From Sminthopsis crassicaudata (lineage: Eukaryota), in the NCBI RefSeq assembly GCF_048593235.1, contig NC_133622.1, positions 216,721,198 to 216,785,197 of the forward strand: a stretch of 64,000 nt of DNA. Direction: 5' to 3'. The notes under the pieces are model-generated. The model saw nothing but the letters and a program-made list of their open reading frames with translations. It did not search any database and was not told the DNA's origin. Every line of letters starts with the position of its first letter. Position 1 is the first letter of the stretch. The position numbers and the translations under genes were made by a program. Of this stretch, positions 37,651-49,733 are shown in pieces.

Positions 37651-37990
37651 TGGATTTACTGACTTAGAACTCCAAGACTCCAGGGTGACACAGCTGCTGA
37701 ATTCTAGGAAATTTTAAATGTTCTTGTTAAAAAATAAAAACAAAAAATCCCAAACACTCTTTCTTTCTAATCTGGTATACTGATGACATTGATTTGTTTT
37801 TCCTTTTTCAATAGACAGAGAAGTTTCTAAGTGCTTAATACATTCTTGGAACCTCCTGAATTGCTCCATCCATTCTCTCTCCCACTAACTGCAGGGAGAG
37901 ATCCTTGTTTCAGAACTCCCAGAAGGTTTGAAGGAGATATACCTACCACTTTGAAATAAAACCAACAATCAGCAAAATCGCCAATCCTAC

Positions 37991-38068
37991 CTGTTGCAGG
38001 AGTACAGTGGATAATTGTCTGGCTGTGTTCTTCTTTCTCAGTTCTGCCTGTGAGATCTGCGGGATCAG
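37991..38068 (-). CDS. LGR4: LGR4 exon 17 (78 nt; A-DPADLTGRTEKEEHSQTIIHCTPAT-G, hinge region)
   Basis: Boundaries gatatag| and G|gtagga. EEHSQxIIHCTP motif. Confidence 0.92.
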
Positions 38069-38367
38069 CTATATCAGAGAATACAACATACAATCACATT
38101 TCTGACCAAGGTGAATAATCATAAAAATATATGCTTATACATGACAATCCAAAGTTTTCTTAAATAAGAATTCACATTAAATCTCACTGAGAGTCCTACC
38201 CCTGCTTTAGGATGCATCTTTTAGCATTATTATTTTTTGTATTCATCTATATATTAGCACAAATACGACAATATTAACACAAATAAAAAGTCACCTTTCA
38301 CTTGCCAATAACAGTAAAAGAAACAGCTGCTCCCTTAGGTTTTCCTCAAGTTTTAAAAAGCACTTGC

Positions 38368-38489
38368 CTTTTTCCTGATTGGAGGAAACGCTGTGGTCTG
38401 GAAGGCCGGCATCATCTGGGTTTGAGTTTGTGTAAGAATCACATCCCCAAAACGCACAGCACTGGTAAGCATACGGCACAGATAAAGAC
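38368..38489 (-). CDS. LGR4: LGR4 exon 16 (122 nt; SLSVPYAYQCCAFWGCDSYTNSNPDDAGLPDHSVSSNQEK), ending at a GC donor
   Basis: Acceptor gatttag|. Contains the YAYQCCAF LRR C-terminal cap motif. The only nearby donor that keeps the frame is AAG|gcaagt. Confidence 0.92.
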
Positions 38490-38824
38490 CTAAATCAAAA
38501 TCAAACAAGAGCTTTAGAAATCTATGTTAAACCAATAACGTTCTCTAGGGGTGTGTGGGGGTGTGTACAAAGTGTTCATGCTTTCATCAATGTCATCTTG
38601 CTTGCCTCATACTGGTTGAAGGCAACTCTGAGTTCTCAAAAACTGTCCCCACAGAGCACAAACACTGGCAGGGGGTGCTACACCAAGCTAGAAAAACTTC
38701 AAGTTTGAACCTGGGGACAGGCTGTAGGCCTGCTGTCCAAGGACCAGCCTGGTTAAGTCTGCACAAGCTCATCACCATAATTTTTTAAATCCCATCCAAT
38801 TTTTTGAAGATTAAATTATTGTAG

Positions 38825-38910
38825 GTTTTGCAAAGGTGAATGTTAAAAACTATCTTTGCATGCATTTCAAAAATAAAAAGCTATTATCAAAAAAAAAAAA
38901 AAAAAAAAAA
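38825..38910 (+). mobile_element. Very short L1 3' end with a 22-A tail
   Basis: ttttgcaaaggtgaatgttaaaaactatctttgcatgcatttcaaaaataaaaagctattatc followed by poly-A. Confidence 0.75.
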
Positions 38911-40404
38911 GATTAAGTCGTCGTAAAGAGGCTGGAATTTGCAGTAGAAAGAGTAAGCTCCTGTCCTGGATTCCTTCCTTAGTTTCCCTTGCCTGAAGAG
39001 ATGCCTTCTCCACCTTGGAGAATGCCTTCTCCCTCCAGGAAGATCTTGCTATTCCTGCAGTCTCCTCCTCTCAGCAGCAAGTTCCTTCCAGAAGCTCCAT
39101 TTGGAGGAAGGAACCAGGCCAGCCACTTCTGTCCCTACTCATCCTCTGACTACATTTTCCTTCCATGCTGTCTCATGGGTACCTTCTCCTGATCTCCTCT
39201 TTTCCCTTCCTTCAGCTCCCTTTTAGGTGTTAATGTCCCTCATTTAAAAGGGGAGATAAACTTCTTAAAGGCAAGAATTGTCTTTCTTTTTGGTTCATCT
39301 TTGTATTCCCAGCAAGAGCCAAGTGAATGACCCACAGTAATCCTTGGTAACAAATAACTCATTTGCTAATAAATTTACAGAGACTTGAGCCACAAGATAC
39401 AGCAGTCAGGAAAAAGAGGAGCATTCAGCTTTCTTAAAGTACACTCTTATAAAATGGGGTATAAACCAAAGTTTGTAAATTAAGTTCTATTTAAAACATG
39501 TTAAAGGGGAGATCAGAGAGGCATCAGGGCATATGGAAGCAGATTAGACCCAGGGGACTGCCTCTGGCATCTGGGCAAGTAAATCATTCTGTCCCCAGGC
39601 TTCATCCTGATGACTTCTCAGAAATCCTGTACCCCTAAATCATGGGTCTGTGAGTCAGAGAATATGGGCTGACATCCTAGCTTTGGACCTGGGTCCAAAT
39701 CCTGGCTCTTCCCACTCCTGTCTAACCTAGACAGGCTCAGGAAAGTCACTCTTCAAAACTTAGGTTGGTATGAATTAGATCAAGTCAGGCATTATTTCTG
39801 AAGCCCTTTGAAAACCTTCAAGCACTACACAGTGCCAGCCATAAGGATGATGCTGCTGTCTATACCCACAATTCTATGGGTATTATTAAGTCTTTTTATA
39901 AATAATCCGCACAATCCTGCTTGTCTTTGATTCAAATCTGAACTTTTCCCATTGCATCAGTCTACACTGACCTAACTAATGCATCATTCTCTTTATCCAC
40001 TGCAAGGATCTCCTATCCCATTGTCTCCTAATAAGGAGAAAAGGGACCAGACAAACCTGTCCTGGGAATGGATGCTCATAGGCATGACTTCCAGTCCCGG
40101 AAAACAGGGCCAAATAATTTCTTTGTGTACCCAGAAGGGGAATAAGTTAATACTCAGAACAAAGTCTGGATTTCATTCAGAGCAGATAAAACCTGGAGTC
40201 AGGAAGGCCCAAATTCAAATCTTGCTTCAGCTACTTTCTAGTTGTGGGATCCTCCAGCTGAGGCGCCTTTTCTGTGCCTTAGGTTCCTCATTCAAATTTG
40301 AATTTGAAGGCTTCTCTGGGCCATTCCATCTTTGTATCTGTGATCCCATGCTCCTTAATAAAGAAAAATGGTAGGGAGTGGGTGAAGGGGGAAGAGAAGA
40401 ATAC

Positions 40405-40530
40405 CTGAGATTCACAAAGTCCTTTGCTGCTAAGGCTTCTTTCAGATGAAAGTTGCCTGTCAGTTTTAGCTGATTTAACCCATTCAGTCCTTCTGTTGGA
40501 AATGAAGTCAGTTCATTGAAACTGATATCT
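40405..40530 (-). CDS. LGR4: LGR4 exon 15 (126 nt; DISFNELTSFPTEGLNGLNQLKLTGNFHLKEALAAKDFVNL-R)
   Basis: Boundaries tttttag| and AG|gtattc. Confidence 0.96.
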
Positions 40531-40902
40531 CTAAAAAAAAAATTTAAACCTTAGATTAACATATTATAATGTTAGTCACACAAAAACCTTCTACAAATAG
40601 ATAATGTAGGATAAAATGTGGGATAAAATATTCAATGTAGGATAAAATATTAGTGGCTTAAACTGGAACATCCAATTCTTCAACAAATAAACATCTACCA
40701 AGCCAGCTATTTTCTCAAAAACAATTATTGTGCAGTACTGTCAAAATCAGAACCAAAATAGCTTGCGCATTTGGGAGGCATGCCAAGCACAAAGAGTAAA
40801 GAAAAGGGGAAATATTTTGACAAAGCCCCACAGGGGTGACACCAGAGTCCCAGATTTTAATGTATTACAGTATATTATGACTATATAAAATTGCCTACTT
40901 AC

Positions 40903-40974
40903 AGGTTAGTGATTGACCCAAGCTTAATGAATGCTCCATTGTGAACTTCCTGGATCTGGTTTCTACTTAGATCT
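40903..40974 (-). CDS. LGR4: LGR4 exon 14 (72 nt; DLSRNQIQEVHNGAFIKLGSITNL)
   Basis: Boundaries ttacag| and |gtaagt. Confidence 0.95.
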
Positions 40975-42778
40975 CTGTAATTATAAGAATAGTGTGTTAA
41001 TCTTCTCACATAAAAACCCTCAAAGTGTCCGTCCCTTGTCCTGCTTTAGAGACTGAGGCAAGCCATATAACAAACCTGATAAGAAAGAAAAACTCTATTC
41101 TTTTTAAACATTTTTCAAGATTCTGTTAAACACGCCCTTTGTACCAGTCTCTCTCCCTCAGAAACATGTTTAAACAGTGCAGACTTTAGTTGACCCATTT
41201 TAGAACAGTTGAGAATATTCTGAACCTTATCATGTTGGAACTAGTTCAAAAATATAAACGATATAACCTTTGGCACTATTACCTAGATGAAGGAAAGCCT
41301 GGCTCATAACAAGGTTGAGAATATTAATAGGTTTTATAATATTTACTTGCTCAAAGGTCAGTGATAAGACTTTGAGAGAGGACAATCAATACATCTATAT
41401 TGATATACATGCAAACAATAGCATTCCAAGAGGGATTCAGATATGCTTTTTCCAAGCAGGAAATAAAGAATCATATCTCTAACAGTCATACTTTTATATA
41501 TAGAAACTGGATGCCACAGAATTCATAAGTCACAGAATTGATGATCCCTATTAGCTGAAAATTTGAACTTGTTAAAATTTTTAACTATGTGACAAGAGTT
41601 CCTTCCTTATTTCATCCATTGGGAAAATAGGAAAATTCCTCATGTTCAATCTTAAAATGTGGAGGAACAAGAGCATTTCTGCTGTTACCATTCAGTACTA
41701 TGAAAGCAACAGCAGCCAAATCAGGCCCTTTCCTTGCTTTTTCCGCCTCGATCAGCATGCTTGCCAACCAGAAGTACAGACCTGACAGGCCAGGGCAGGA
41801 GACTGATTCAATGATCCCTCAATATCATCTCTAAAATGTTTCTTGTAGAAACATATTTTATTCATAACGAGAGTCCACATGAACTTAAGATTAGAAACAA
41901 TATTATGTTTTGCTTCTTAAAATACTTTTCAAGGAAGCTCTCTGTTTTAAATTTTAAAATGATTTAGTTTCTATTCAATTCCAACACAGCATTTACACTG
42001 CAAGGATATGAAAACAAAATTAATAATGATTCTTACTCTGAAAAGGCTTTCCTTCCTTTTGGAGTATTTGAAAGTTATAGATTATGTCAATAAATACATT
42101 GTAATTTAGAGAACACCTGAGCTCTAACTGGAATGATTAAAAAAATAAATTCCCATAGAAGCTGACATATGAATTGGACCTTGAAGGAAGTGAAAGGTTG
42201 GTGGGAAGGATAAGAATTATAGGGGGTGCACAGTTAGCTGTGAGCCTAAGGCAAAGGAAGAGATGGAATGCTGAGCTTAGAGAAAATCACCTTGGTTTTA
42301 AAATGTTTATCTGAATGACAAAATTCTGTCTTGTGAACATTTCTGTTCATGACAGCACTGGTTTCATATTCCAGCTGCACATCACACAAACTCACTTTTA
42401 GCGATCTAAACAGTACAAATTACTCCCTAGTAAAACTTTGGGGATTGTTTATACAGAAGCCCTCCCAACCAAGAATGTTTTTAAAGTTACACTTTGCTGA
42501 ATTCACACATGCTAATAAAATTATACAATTGTTGAAAAGCATTTGACCACAAGAGAAGCTGAAAAAATATATACATTCTTTATATTTAATAAGTAATGTT
42601 AGAAACCAAGTCAATTATTTCTAAAATCTCATAATTTTAAGGCTGAGTTAAAATATACACATAGAATGGAATGCAATGTCTATAAATAGCATTCATCTGA
42701 CAATATAAATTCCTCTTAATTAGTATATAAATTCACAGGCTTATAAAGATTGGCTTTAATAAGAATACAGAGACTTAC

Positions 42779-42850
42779 AGAATACGCAGGGAAGTAAGTC
42801 CTTGGAAGGTGTTTTCTTTAATTTCATGGATCTGATTATGCTGTAATGAA
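42779..42850 (-). CDS. LGR4: LGR4 exon 13 (72 nt; SLQHNQIHEIKENTFQGLTSLRIL)
   Basis: Boundaries tttcag| and |gtaagt. Confidence 0.95.
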
Positions 42851-43806
42851 CTGAAATATTGGGGAAAGAAAAATAAATTTTCATTTCTAAAATTAAATTT
42901 AGTAAGTTTGGAAAACTGATTAGCACATGAAACTAACTGAAGCTGCTCTTCTGGAATGCAGTGGCAGTCTTCCCACGGCATCATGGAAAAACCATCAGAC
43001 CAAATTACTCCTCAGGACCCCTGGATTCTAAAATGGAACCACCTCATTAAGCAAGCTGTGTGATCTTGGCCAATTACTGAACTTCCCCTCTCTGGGGTCA
43101 TGGTTTGAATGAAGAGAGTGGATCAGACATCTGTCAATTCTACAAATCTCTACAAATGACTCCCCACATCCCAACGTTCAATGATGTCTGACCACAGAAG
43201 GGAAGCATAGAAGCCAATTAGAAACCACATACTAATTCACTCTAATCAAACCCCATCATCTCAAGTCATATGTATCAAGCAAGCCTGGAAGTAATAGGCA
43301 TTGGATGAAATTGTTTTTAAAAAAATCCTGAACTGAGAGTCTGAGGATCTGGATTCAAGTTATTTAAGTTTTCTGGGTCTCAGATTCCTCATCTGCAAAA
43401 TGAGGAGATAGGACACAATGGTTTCTAAGGTCCTTTCCAGCTGTCATCTCTAATTCTATGATCTCAGTTTAAGAACCTCAGTTCCTTCCAAACCATGAAC
43501 TTTGGGCAAATCACTTAATTTATCTAGGCCTGAGTTTCCTTCCCTACAAAACAAATGGGTGGTCCTGGAAGATTGTTACAATCCATTCAGACCAAAATCT
43601 AAGATCTCACAGAAATTCCACGACAGATGCACCCATTTACATGAAAGGAGGAATGTAGCAATAATTTCAGTCTCTAACCTGCATCACTGGCATGTTCCAT
43701 TTTACAAAGTCTTTTCAAAACAGGACATGTGTAATGTTATGGATTTAACACCCTAGATTTAGAGTGGAAGGAATTTAGAGCTAGAAGTTATTAGTCTAAT
43801 CTACCC

Positions 43807-44191
43807 TTTTTTTTTTTTTTTTGGAATACTAATTTAATGTTGTTGTTGTTTTTATTAATTTTATAATTATAACATTTTTTTGACAGCACATATGCATAGG
43901 TAATTTTTTACAACATTATCCCTTGTACTCCCTTCTGTTGGGAATTTTTCCCCTCCTTCCCTCCACCCCCTCCCCTAGATGGCAGGCATTCCCATACATA
44001 TTAAATATGTTATAGTATATCCTAGGTACAATATATATGTGCAGAACCGAATTTTGTTGTTGTTGTTGTTGCAAAGGAAGAATTGTATTCAGAAGGTAAA
44101 AATAATCTGGGGAGAAAAACAAAAAATGCTCACAGTTTGCACTCATTTCCCAGTGTTCCTTTTCTGGATGTAGCTGATTCTGTCCATCATT
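43807..44191 (-). mobile_element. LINE-1 3' UTR fragment with poly-A, inserted into a MIR
   Basis: Its reverse complement aligns by eye with 46742-47045. T tract at 43807; probable TSD TAATCTACCC / TAATCGACCC (43797, 44192). Confidence 0.9.
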
Positions 44192-44494
44192 TAATCGACC
44201 CATTTTACAGATGAGAAAAGTAAGATCCACAGAGCTTTAGTGCATTGCCCTAGATCCCGGTCAGTAAGTGGCAGAGCTTCAAGGTAAGAATGCTTTTATA
44301 TAACATATTAAAGGCATGCAAAGCTCTTTATTTATATTGTTGCTTTTATTTTGCCTGGATCTTCACAATAACCACAGAAAGCAGGCACTCTTATCATCCC
44401 CATTTTACAAATGGGGAGACTCATCCAGGGTCACACAGTTTGGTCTACCTCTAATTGTACCAATGTCAGGAACAAAAAAATGAATCGGGTCCAA

Positions 44495-44641
44495 TTTCTC
44501 TTTTCTTTTTCCCTGAGATAAGTGGAGTTAAATGATTTGCCCAGGGCCACACAGTTAGGAAGTGTTAAGTGTCTGAGGCCACATTTGAACTCAGGTCCTC
44601 CGACTTCAGGGCTGGTGCTCTCTAAACCATGTAGCTCTCCA
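44495..44641 (-). mobile_element. WSINE1-like short tRNA-derived SINE
   Basis: Reverse complement has a B box (GAGTTCAAAT) and the core cagacacttaacacttcctaactgtgtg...ctgggcaaatca. Confidence 0.8.
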
Positions 44642-44957
44642 TTTCCTGACAAACACAGTAGGTGAAAAACACACAAGGAACAGGAGGCTCCTTTTCTGTA
44701 CTTTAGATTTAAATCTGAACTTCTCATGATGCAGGAAAAAGAACCCTGGGCTTCTGAATGTGGGTCCCAAATCTACCACTTACTATTTCCTGGGTGACAG
44801 AGAAAATGAAGCCCATCATCTCTGCTTACCCTCCTTGAGTTAGAGATGTGGAGAGTGCTCTTTTGGCCCCTCGAGAACTATCTGGATGAAGAATTACAAA
44901 CATGATAGCCCTTTCTCAACCATTTCTTCTTAAAATGAATTCAATAAGTATTTATGA

Positions 44958-47060
44958 TGACATGATGGTATACTTAGAGAACCCCAAAGACTCTGCTAAA
45001 AAGCTATTAGAAATAATTCAGAATTTTAGCAAAGTCGCAGGATACAAAATAAATCCACATAAATCCTCAGGATTTTTATACATTACCAACACAATCCAAC
45101 AGCAAGAGATACAAAGAGAAATTCCATTCAAAATAACAGTCGATAGTATCAAATATTTGGGAATATATCTACCAAAGGAGAGTCAGGAATTATATGAGCA
45201 AAATTACAAAACACTTGCCACAAAAATAAAGTCAGATTTAAATAATTGGAAAGACATTCAATGTTCTTGGATAGGCCGAGCGAATATAATAAAGATGACA
45301 ATACTCCCCAAACTAATCTATTTATTTAGTGCTATACCAATCAGACTCCCAAGAAACTATTTTAATGACCTAGAAAAAATAACAACAAAATTCATATGGA
45401 AGAATAAAAGGTCGAGAATTGCAAGGGAACTAATGAAAAAAAAGTCAGAGGAAGGTGGTCTAAGTGTACCTGATTTAAAGCTATATTATAAAGCAACAGT
45501 CACCAAAACCATTTGGTATTGGCTAAGAAATAGACTAGTTGATCAGTGGCATAGGTTAGGTTCACAGGACAAGATAGTGAATAAAAATAGCAATCTAATC
45601 TTTGACAAACCCAAAGATCCCAAATTTTGGGATAAGAATTCATTATTTAACAAAAACTGCTGGGAAAACTGGAAATTAGTATGGCAGAAACTAGGCATGG
45701 ACCCACATTTAACACCACATACTAAGATTAGATCAAAATGGGTCCAAGATTTAGGCATAAAGAACGAAATCATAAATAAATTGGAGGAACATGGGATGGT
45801 TTACCTCTCAGACTTGTGGAGGAGGAAGGAGTTTGTGTCCAAGGGAGAACTAGAGACCATTATTGATCACAAAATAGAACATTTTGATTACACCAAATTA
45901 AAAAGTTTCTGCACAAACAAAACTAATGCAAACAAGATTAGAAGGGAAGTAACAAATTGGGAAAAAATTTTTACAGTTAAAGGTTCTGATAAAGGCCTCA
46001 TCTCCAAAATATACAGAGAATTGACTTTAATTTATAAGAAATCAAGCCATTCTCCAATTGATAAATGGTCAAAGGATATGAACAGACAATTTTCAGATGA
46101 TGAAATTAAAACTATTTCCACTCATATGAAAGAGTGTTCCAAATCACTATTGATCAGAGAAATGCAAATTAAGACAACTCTGAGGTATCATTACACACCT
46201 GTCAGATTGGCTAAAATGACAGGAACAAATAACGATGAATGTTGGAGGGGCTGTGGGAAAACTGGGACACTGATGCATTGTTGGTGGAGTTGTGAAAGAA
46301 TCCAACCATTCTGGAGAGCAATCTGGAATTATGCCCAAAAAGTTATCAAAATGTGCATACCCTTTGACCCAGCCATACTACTACTGGGCTTATACCCCAA
46401 GGAACTACTAGAGAAGGGAAAGGGTCCTGTATGTGCCAAAATGTTTGTGGCAGCCCTTTTCATAGTGGCTAGAAGCTGGAAGATGAATGGATGTCCATCA
46501 ACTGGAGAATGGTTGGGTAAACTATGGTATATGAATGTTATGGAATATTACTGTTCTATAAGAAATGACCAACAGGAGAAATACAGAGAGGCTTGGAGGG
46601 ACTTACATCAACTGATGCTGAGTGAAACGAGCAGAACCAGAAGATCATTATACACTTCAACAATGATACTGTACGAGGATGTATGCTGATGGAAGTGGAT
46701 TTCTTCAACATAGAGAAGAGCTAATCCAATTCCAATTGATTAATGATGGACAGAACCAGCTACATCCAGAAAAGGAACACTGGGAATGTAAACTGTTATT
46801 TTTACTTTCTGAATCCAATTCTTCCTGTGCAACAAAAAAATAAGGTTCTACACACATATATTGTATCTAAATTATACTGTAATATATTTAATATATATAA
46901 GACTGCTTGCCATCAGGGGGAGGGGGTTGGGGGAGGAAGGGAAAAAATCTGAATAGAAGTAAGTGCAAGGGATAATGTTGTAAAAAATTACCCATGCATA
47001 TGTACTGTCAAAAAATGTTATAATTATAAAATAAAATAAAAAATTTAAAAAAAAAAAAAA
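44958..47060 (+). mobile_element. Young 5'-truncated LINE-1 (ORF2 C-terminal part, 3' UTR, poly-A) in LGR4 intron 12, antisense to the gene
   Basis: Uninterrupted ORF2 from DDMMVYLENP to the CWRGC...HCWWSC cysteine motif (stop at 46689), followed by an A tail. Perfect 15-bp TSD AATAAGTATTTATGA at 44943-44957 and 47061-47075. Confidence 0.97.
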
Positions 47061-47202
47061 AATAAGTATTTATGAAGCTCCTACTATGTGAAAACAGAAG
47101 GAATTCTACTTGGAGCCCACATCATATATGGTGTATACAACCAAGCAATACAGAAATAAAAGTCGTCATTATTAGAAGAAATAAACGCAAACATTAACTT
47201 AC

Positions 47203-47268
47203 ATTTCCTCTAAAGCACTGCAACCATTGAAACTCGGAAGTTCTTGTATATTGTTATAAGACAAGTCC
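47203..47268 (-). CDS. LGR4: LGR4 exon 12 (66 nt; DLSYNNIQELPSFNGCSALEEI)
   Basis: Boundaries cttcag| and |gtaagt. Confidence 0.95.
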
Positions 47269-48051
47269 CTGAAGACAGAAAAGAATCGACTGGTTTAGAG
47301 TCTCATTCAAAGCACTTTTAAAGAAAGCATCCACAGAAAAGGTTCCCAAGCAAGCGTGCTGCATGTGAAAAACAAAGATCTTTCCAAGACTTGAGATGGT
47401 ATAGACCCTCACAGCAGGCTTATTAACACTCTTCCCCTCTAAACATTTGCAAGAAACTTCTAAAAGGAAAATGCTAAGCATATGTATTTTGATACATACA
47501 CATCTTTAAAATGTGTTATATAAACATATATTACACCAAATATGAAAATAGTTATAACTATACACATGCTACATATCTTCAAGTATGCATATATTTAACA
47601 TTTGTAAAACATTTTAATATGAAAAAACCAAACCCCCAAGGCTTTAAATAGTCTGATTTTTCAGCAGATAATCAGATATCAATATCCCCCATTATAATCC
47701 ATCCCAATACAGTCTCTGTATCAAGTCCATAAAAACAGTGTCATATTACTTAGACATGTGACTGCTTCTTCCATTAACAAGGCCTTCTAATAATGGCTAA
47801 GCTATCTGCTCAGTCCCCCAATATTCATTAAGCACCTCAGAGAAAGAGCAAAAATAACTGTTCCTGCTTTCAAGGAGCTCACTGTCTAATGGGGAAGACA
47901 ACATGAAACAACTATGTTCAAATGAGTTACCGACAGGATAAAGTGAAGATCCAGGCACTTAGAATTAGCAGGGACCCAGAAAGGCTTCCTTGTGGAAAGT
48001 GGGGCTTTATGTGAGCCTTGAAGGAAGCCATGGAGTGAAGGTGAAGGAAAG

Positions 48052-48053
<2 letters not shown>

Positions 48054-48110
<57 letters not shown>
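48054..48110. repeat. (TG)n microsatellite
   Basis: Direct reading. Confidence 0.95.
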
Positions 48111-48113
<3 letters not shown>

Positions 48114-49661
48114 CTGGCGTCCCTAGCACAGGTTTTTTTGTGACATCTGACTTATTTGTGCTGACTATTCTGTGGCATGTTAGCCCAAATATTTAACTCA
48201 TCCTTACACCAAGAAAGAGTTCCCAAAGGGCATCTCTGTTTATCAATACAAGTAAGTGTGGGAGCTGGGCAGCAAGGCAAAGAGTAAATGGGCAGGATGA
48301 GCAAGGTGGAATGGCCACAAAGCGCAATTTCCTTTTTTCAGAGGATCCCAGACACTCAATCCAGTCCACGTCATCCTTGTCTGGGTAGCCCTTGAGAAGT
48401 GACTTGAGATTGTTTTAGTGTAAAGACCTTTTGATTTCCCAGACCACTTTAGGATAACTCTAAGTCAAATCGGACGTAGACTTTGGGTTACATCAAAGTA
48501 GAACGTGCCCCAACCCTGTTCTCAGTTCTTTCCTCTGAGACCACTCAAAACACAGCTAATCAGAACACAGCACTTCAAAAACCCACAAACGGGTCACCTT
48601 CCAATGGGTCTTCTCTTCCTACAGCCTAACAATCCCCAGTTGCTTCAACCAGCCACCTAAGGCAGAGTCTCACCCAGTCTTCCATCCCTCAGCTGTACCT
48701 CCACATGCTTCAGCTTGCCCACATCCTAGCTCAGGTAAGATCTCTTAGGTACCTCGTTATGTCGAAGCTGTCTCCCTCATTAAAATGGGAACTCCTTGAG
48801 GACAGAGAATATTTTTGCCTCCTGTATCTCCAACAAGTATGTGACTGAGAGGAAGAACTGAGTAAATGCTTGCTGATTGACTTTCTAAAATGTGGTGTCC
48901 AGAACCCTAAGATATTTAGATTGATCAGAATAGAATACATCTATATTAATTAATAACCACTCCAAAAAGCCAATTTTTTTTTTTTGGCTGAACCTACGAT
49001 TTCAATACTATAGGCATTTCCAGATGTAAAAACTCCCTCTATGCAGATGAGCAACTTTCTTCAATTTATACAAAGTTGCCTGGAAAATGGAGAAATTAAG
49101 GGCCTTCCAAAGTTCCCCAAGATGTGCCTGAGTTGGGGACAGAAGCTATCCATGTTACTGCTCTAATGGGATACTGGGCTTCATTAATAGAGGCCTGATA
49201 TCCAAAACAAGGGAAGTGACAGACCTGCTGTCACCTGTCCTGTTTGTTCAAGGTACCATGTTTTAGTGTCTCTATGGACAGTGAACACCTTGTTTTGGAC
49301 ACCATGCCTCTCTTAATGCAGTCTAGGATCTTCACTGGCTCTCTATGCTGCCAATGCCCTGTTGTCTCACACTGAGTTATATGTCCATAAAACCCCCAAG
49401 AGTTATTCATTTGAAGTCAATTCTCCAACCAAGATACCAACATATTTCAAAATCCAAATACAAGTTATTTTTACATCATCCCCCAAATTGGATTAACCCT
49501 CCTTCTGCCCATCTCCATTGGCAGAGCCAATCAAGAAACAATACCATCTTAAAATGACCCTTCATTAACTCAGAAAGCACACCGCAAGATAATCCAAATT
49601 CTTGGTCTTCTTTCAAATGTGCAATGACAACAAAGGTAAGGATAGAAGACTCCAAACTTAC

Positions 49662-49733
49662 AAAGTCTTAAGCTTCTTTCGATCCTGGCACAAATTATCA
49701 GGTATACTGCTTATCTTGGTGCCTGTCAAGGTT
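49662..49733 (-). CDS. LGR4: LGR4 exon 11 (72 nt; TLTGTKISSIPDNLCQDRKKLKTL)
   Basis: Boundaries cccacag| and |gtaagt. Confidence 0.95.

Noticed and set aside
38291-38367. Read-through of intron 16 (GKCFLKLEENLREQLFLLLLLASER*) as an alternative C-terminus
   Set aside because: There is no AATAAA or ATTAAA on the minus strand in the rest of this intron, so a retained-intron transcript would probably be an NMD target. The nearby GT at 38294 is in the wrong phase.
38490-40404. LGR4 intron 15 donor GTATTCTT as a U12-type intron
   Set aside because: It lacks the near-invariant C at +5 (RTATCCTT), and there is no CCTTAAC branch site near the acceptor.
48490-48498. Perfect TCF/LEF site ACATCAAAG suggesting Wnt feedback on LGR4
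   Set aside because: A single 9-mer is expected roughly once by chance in 64 kb read on both strands, and there is no cluster.
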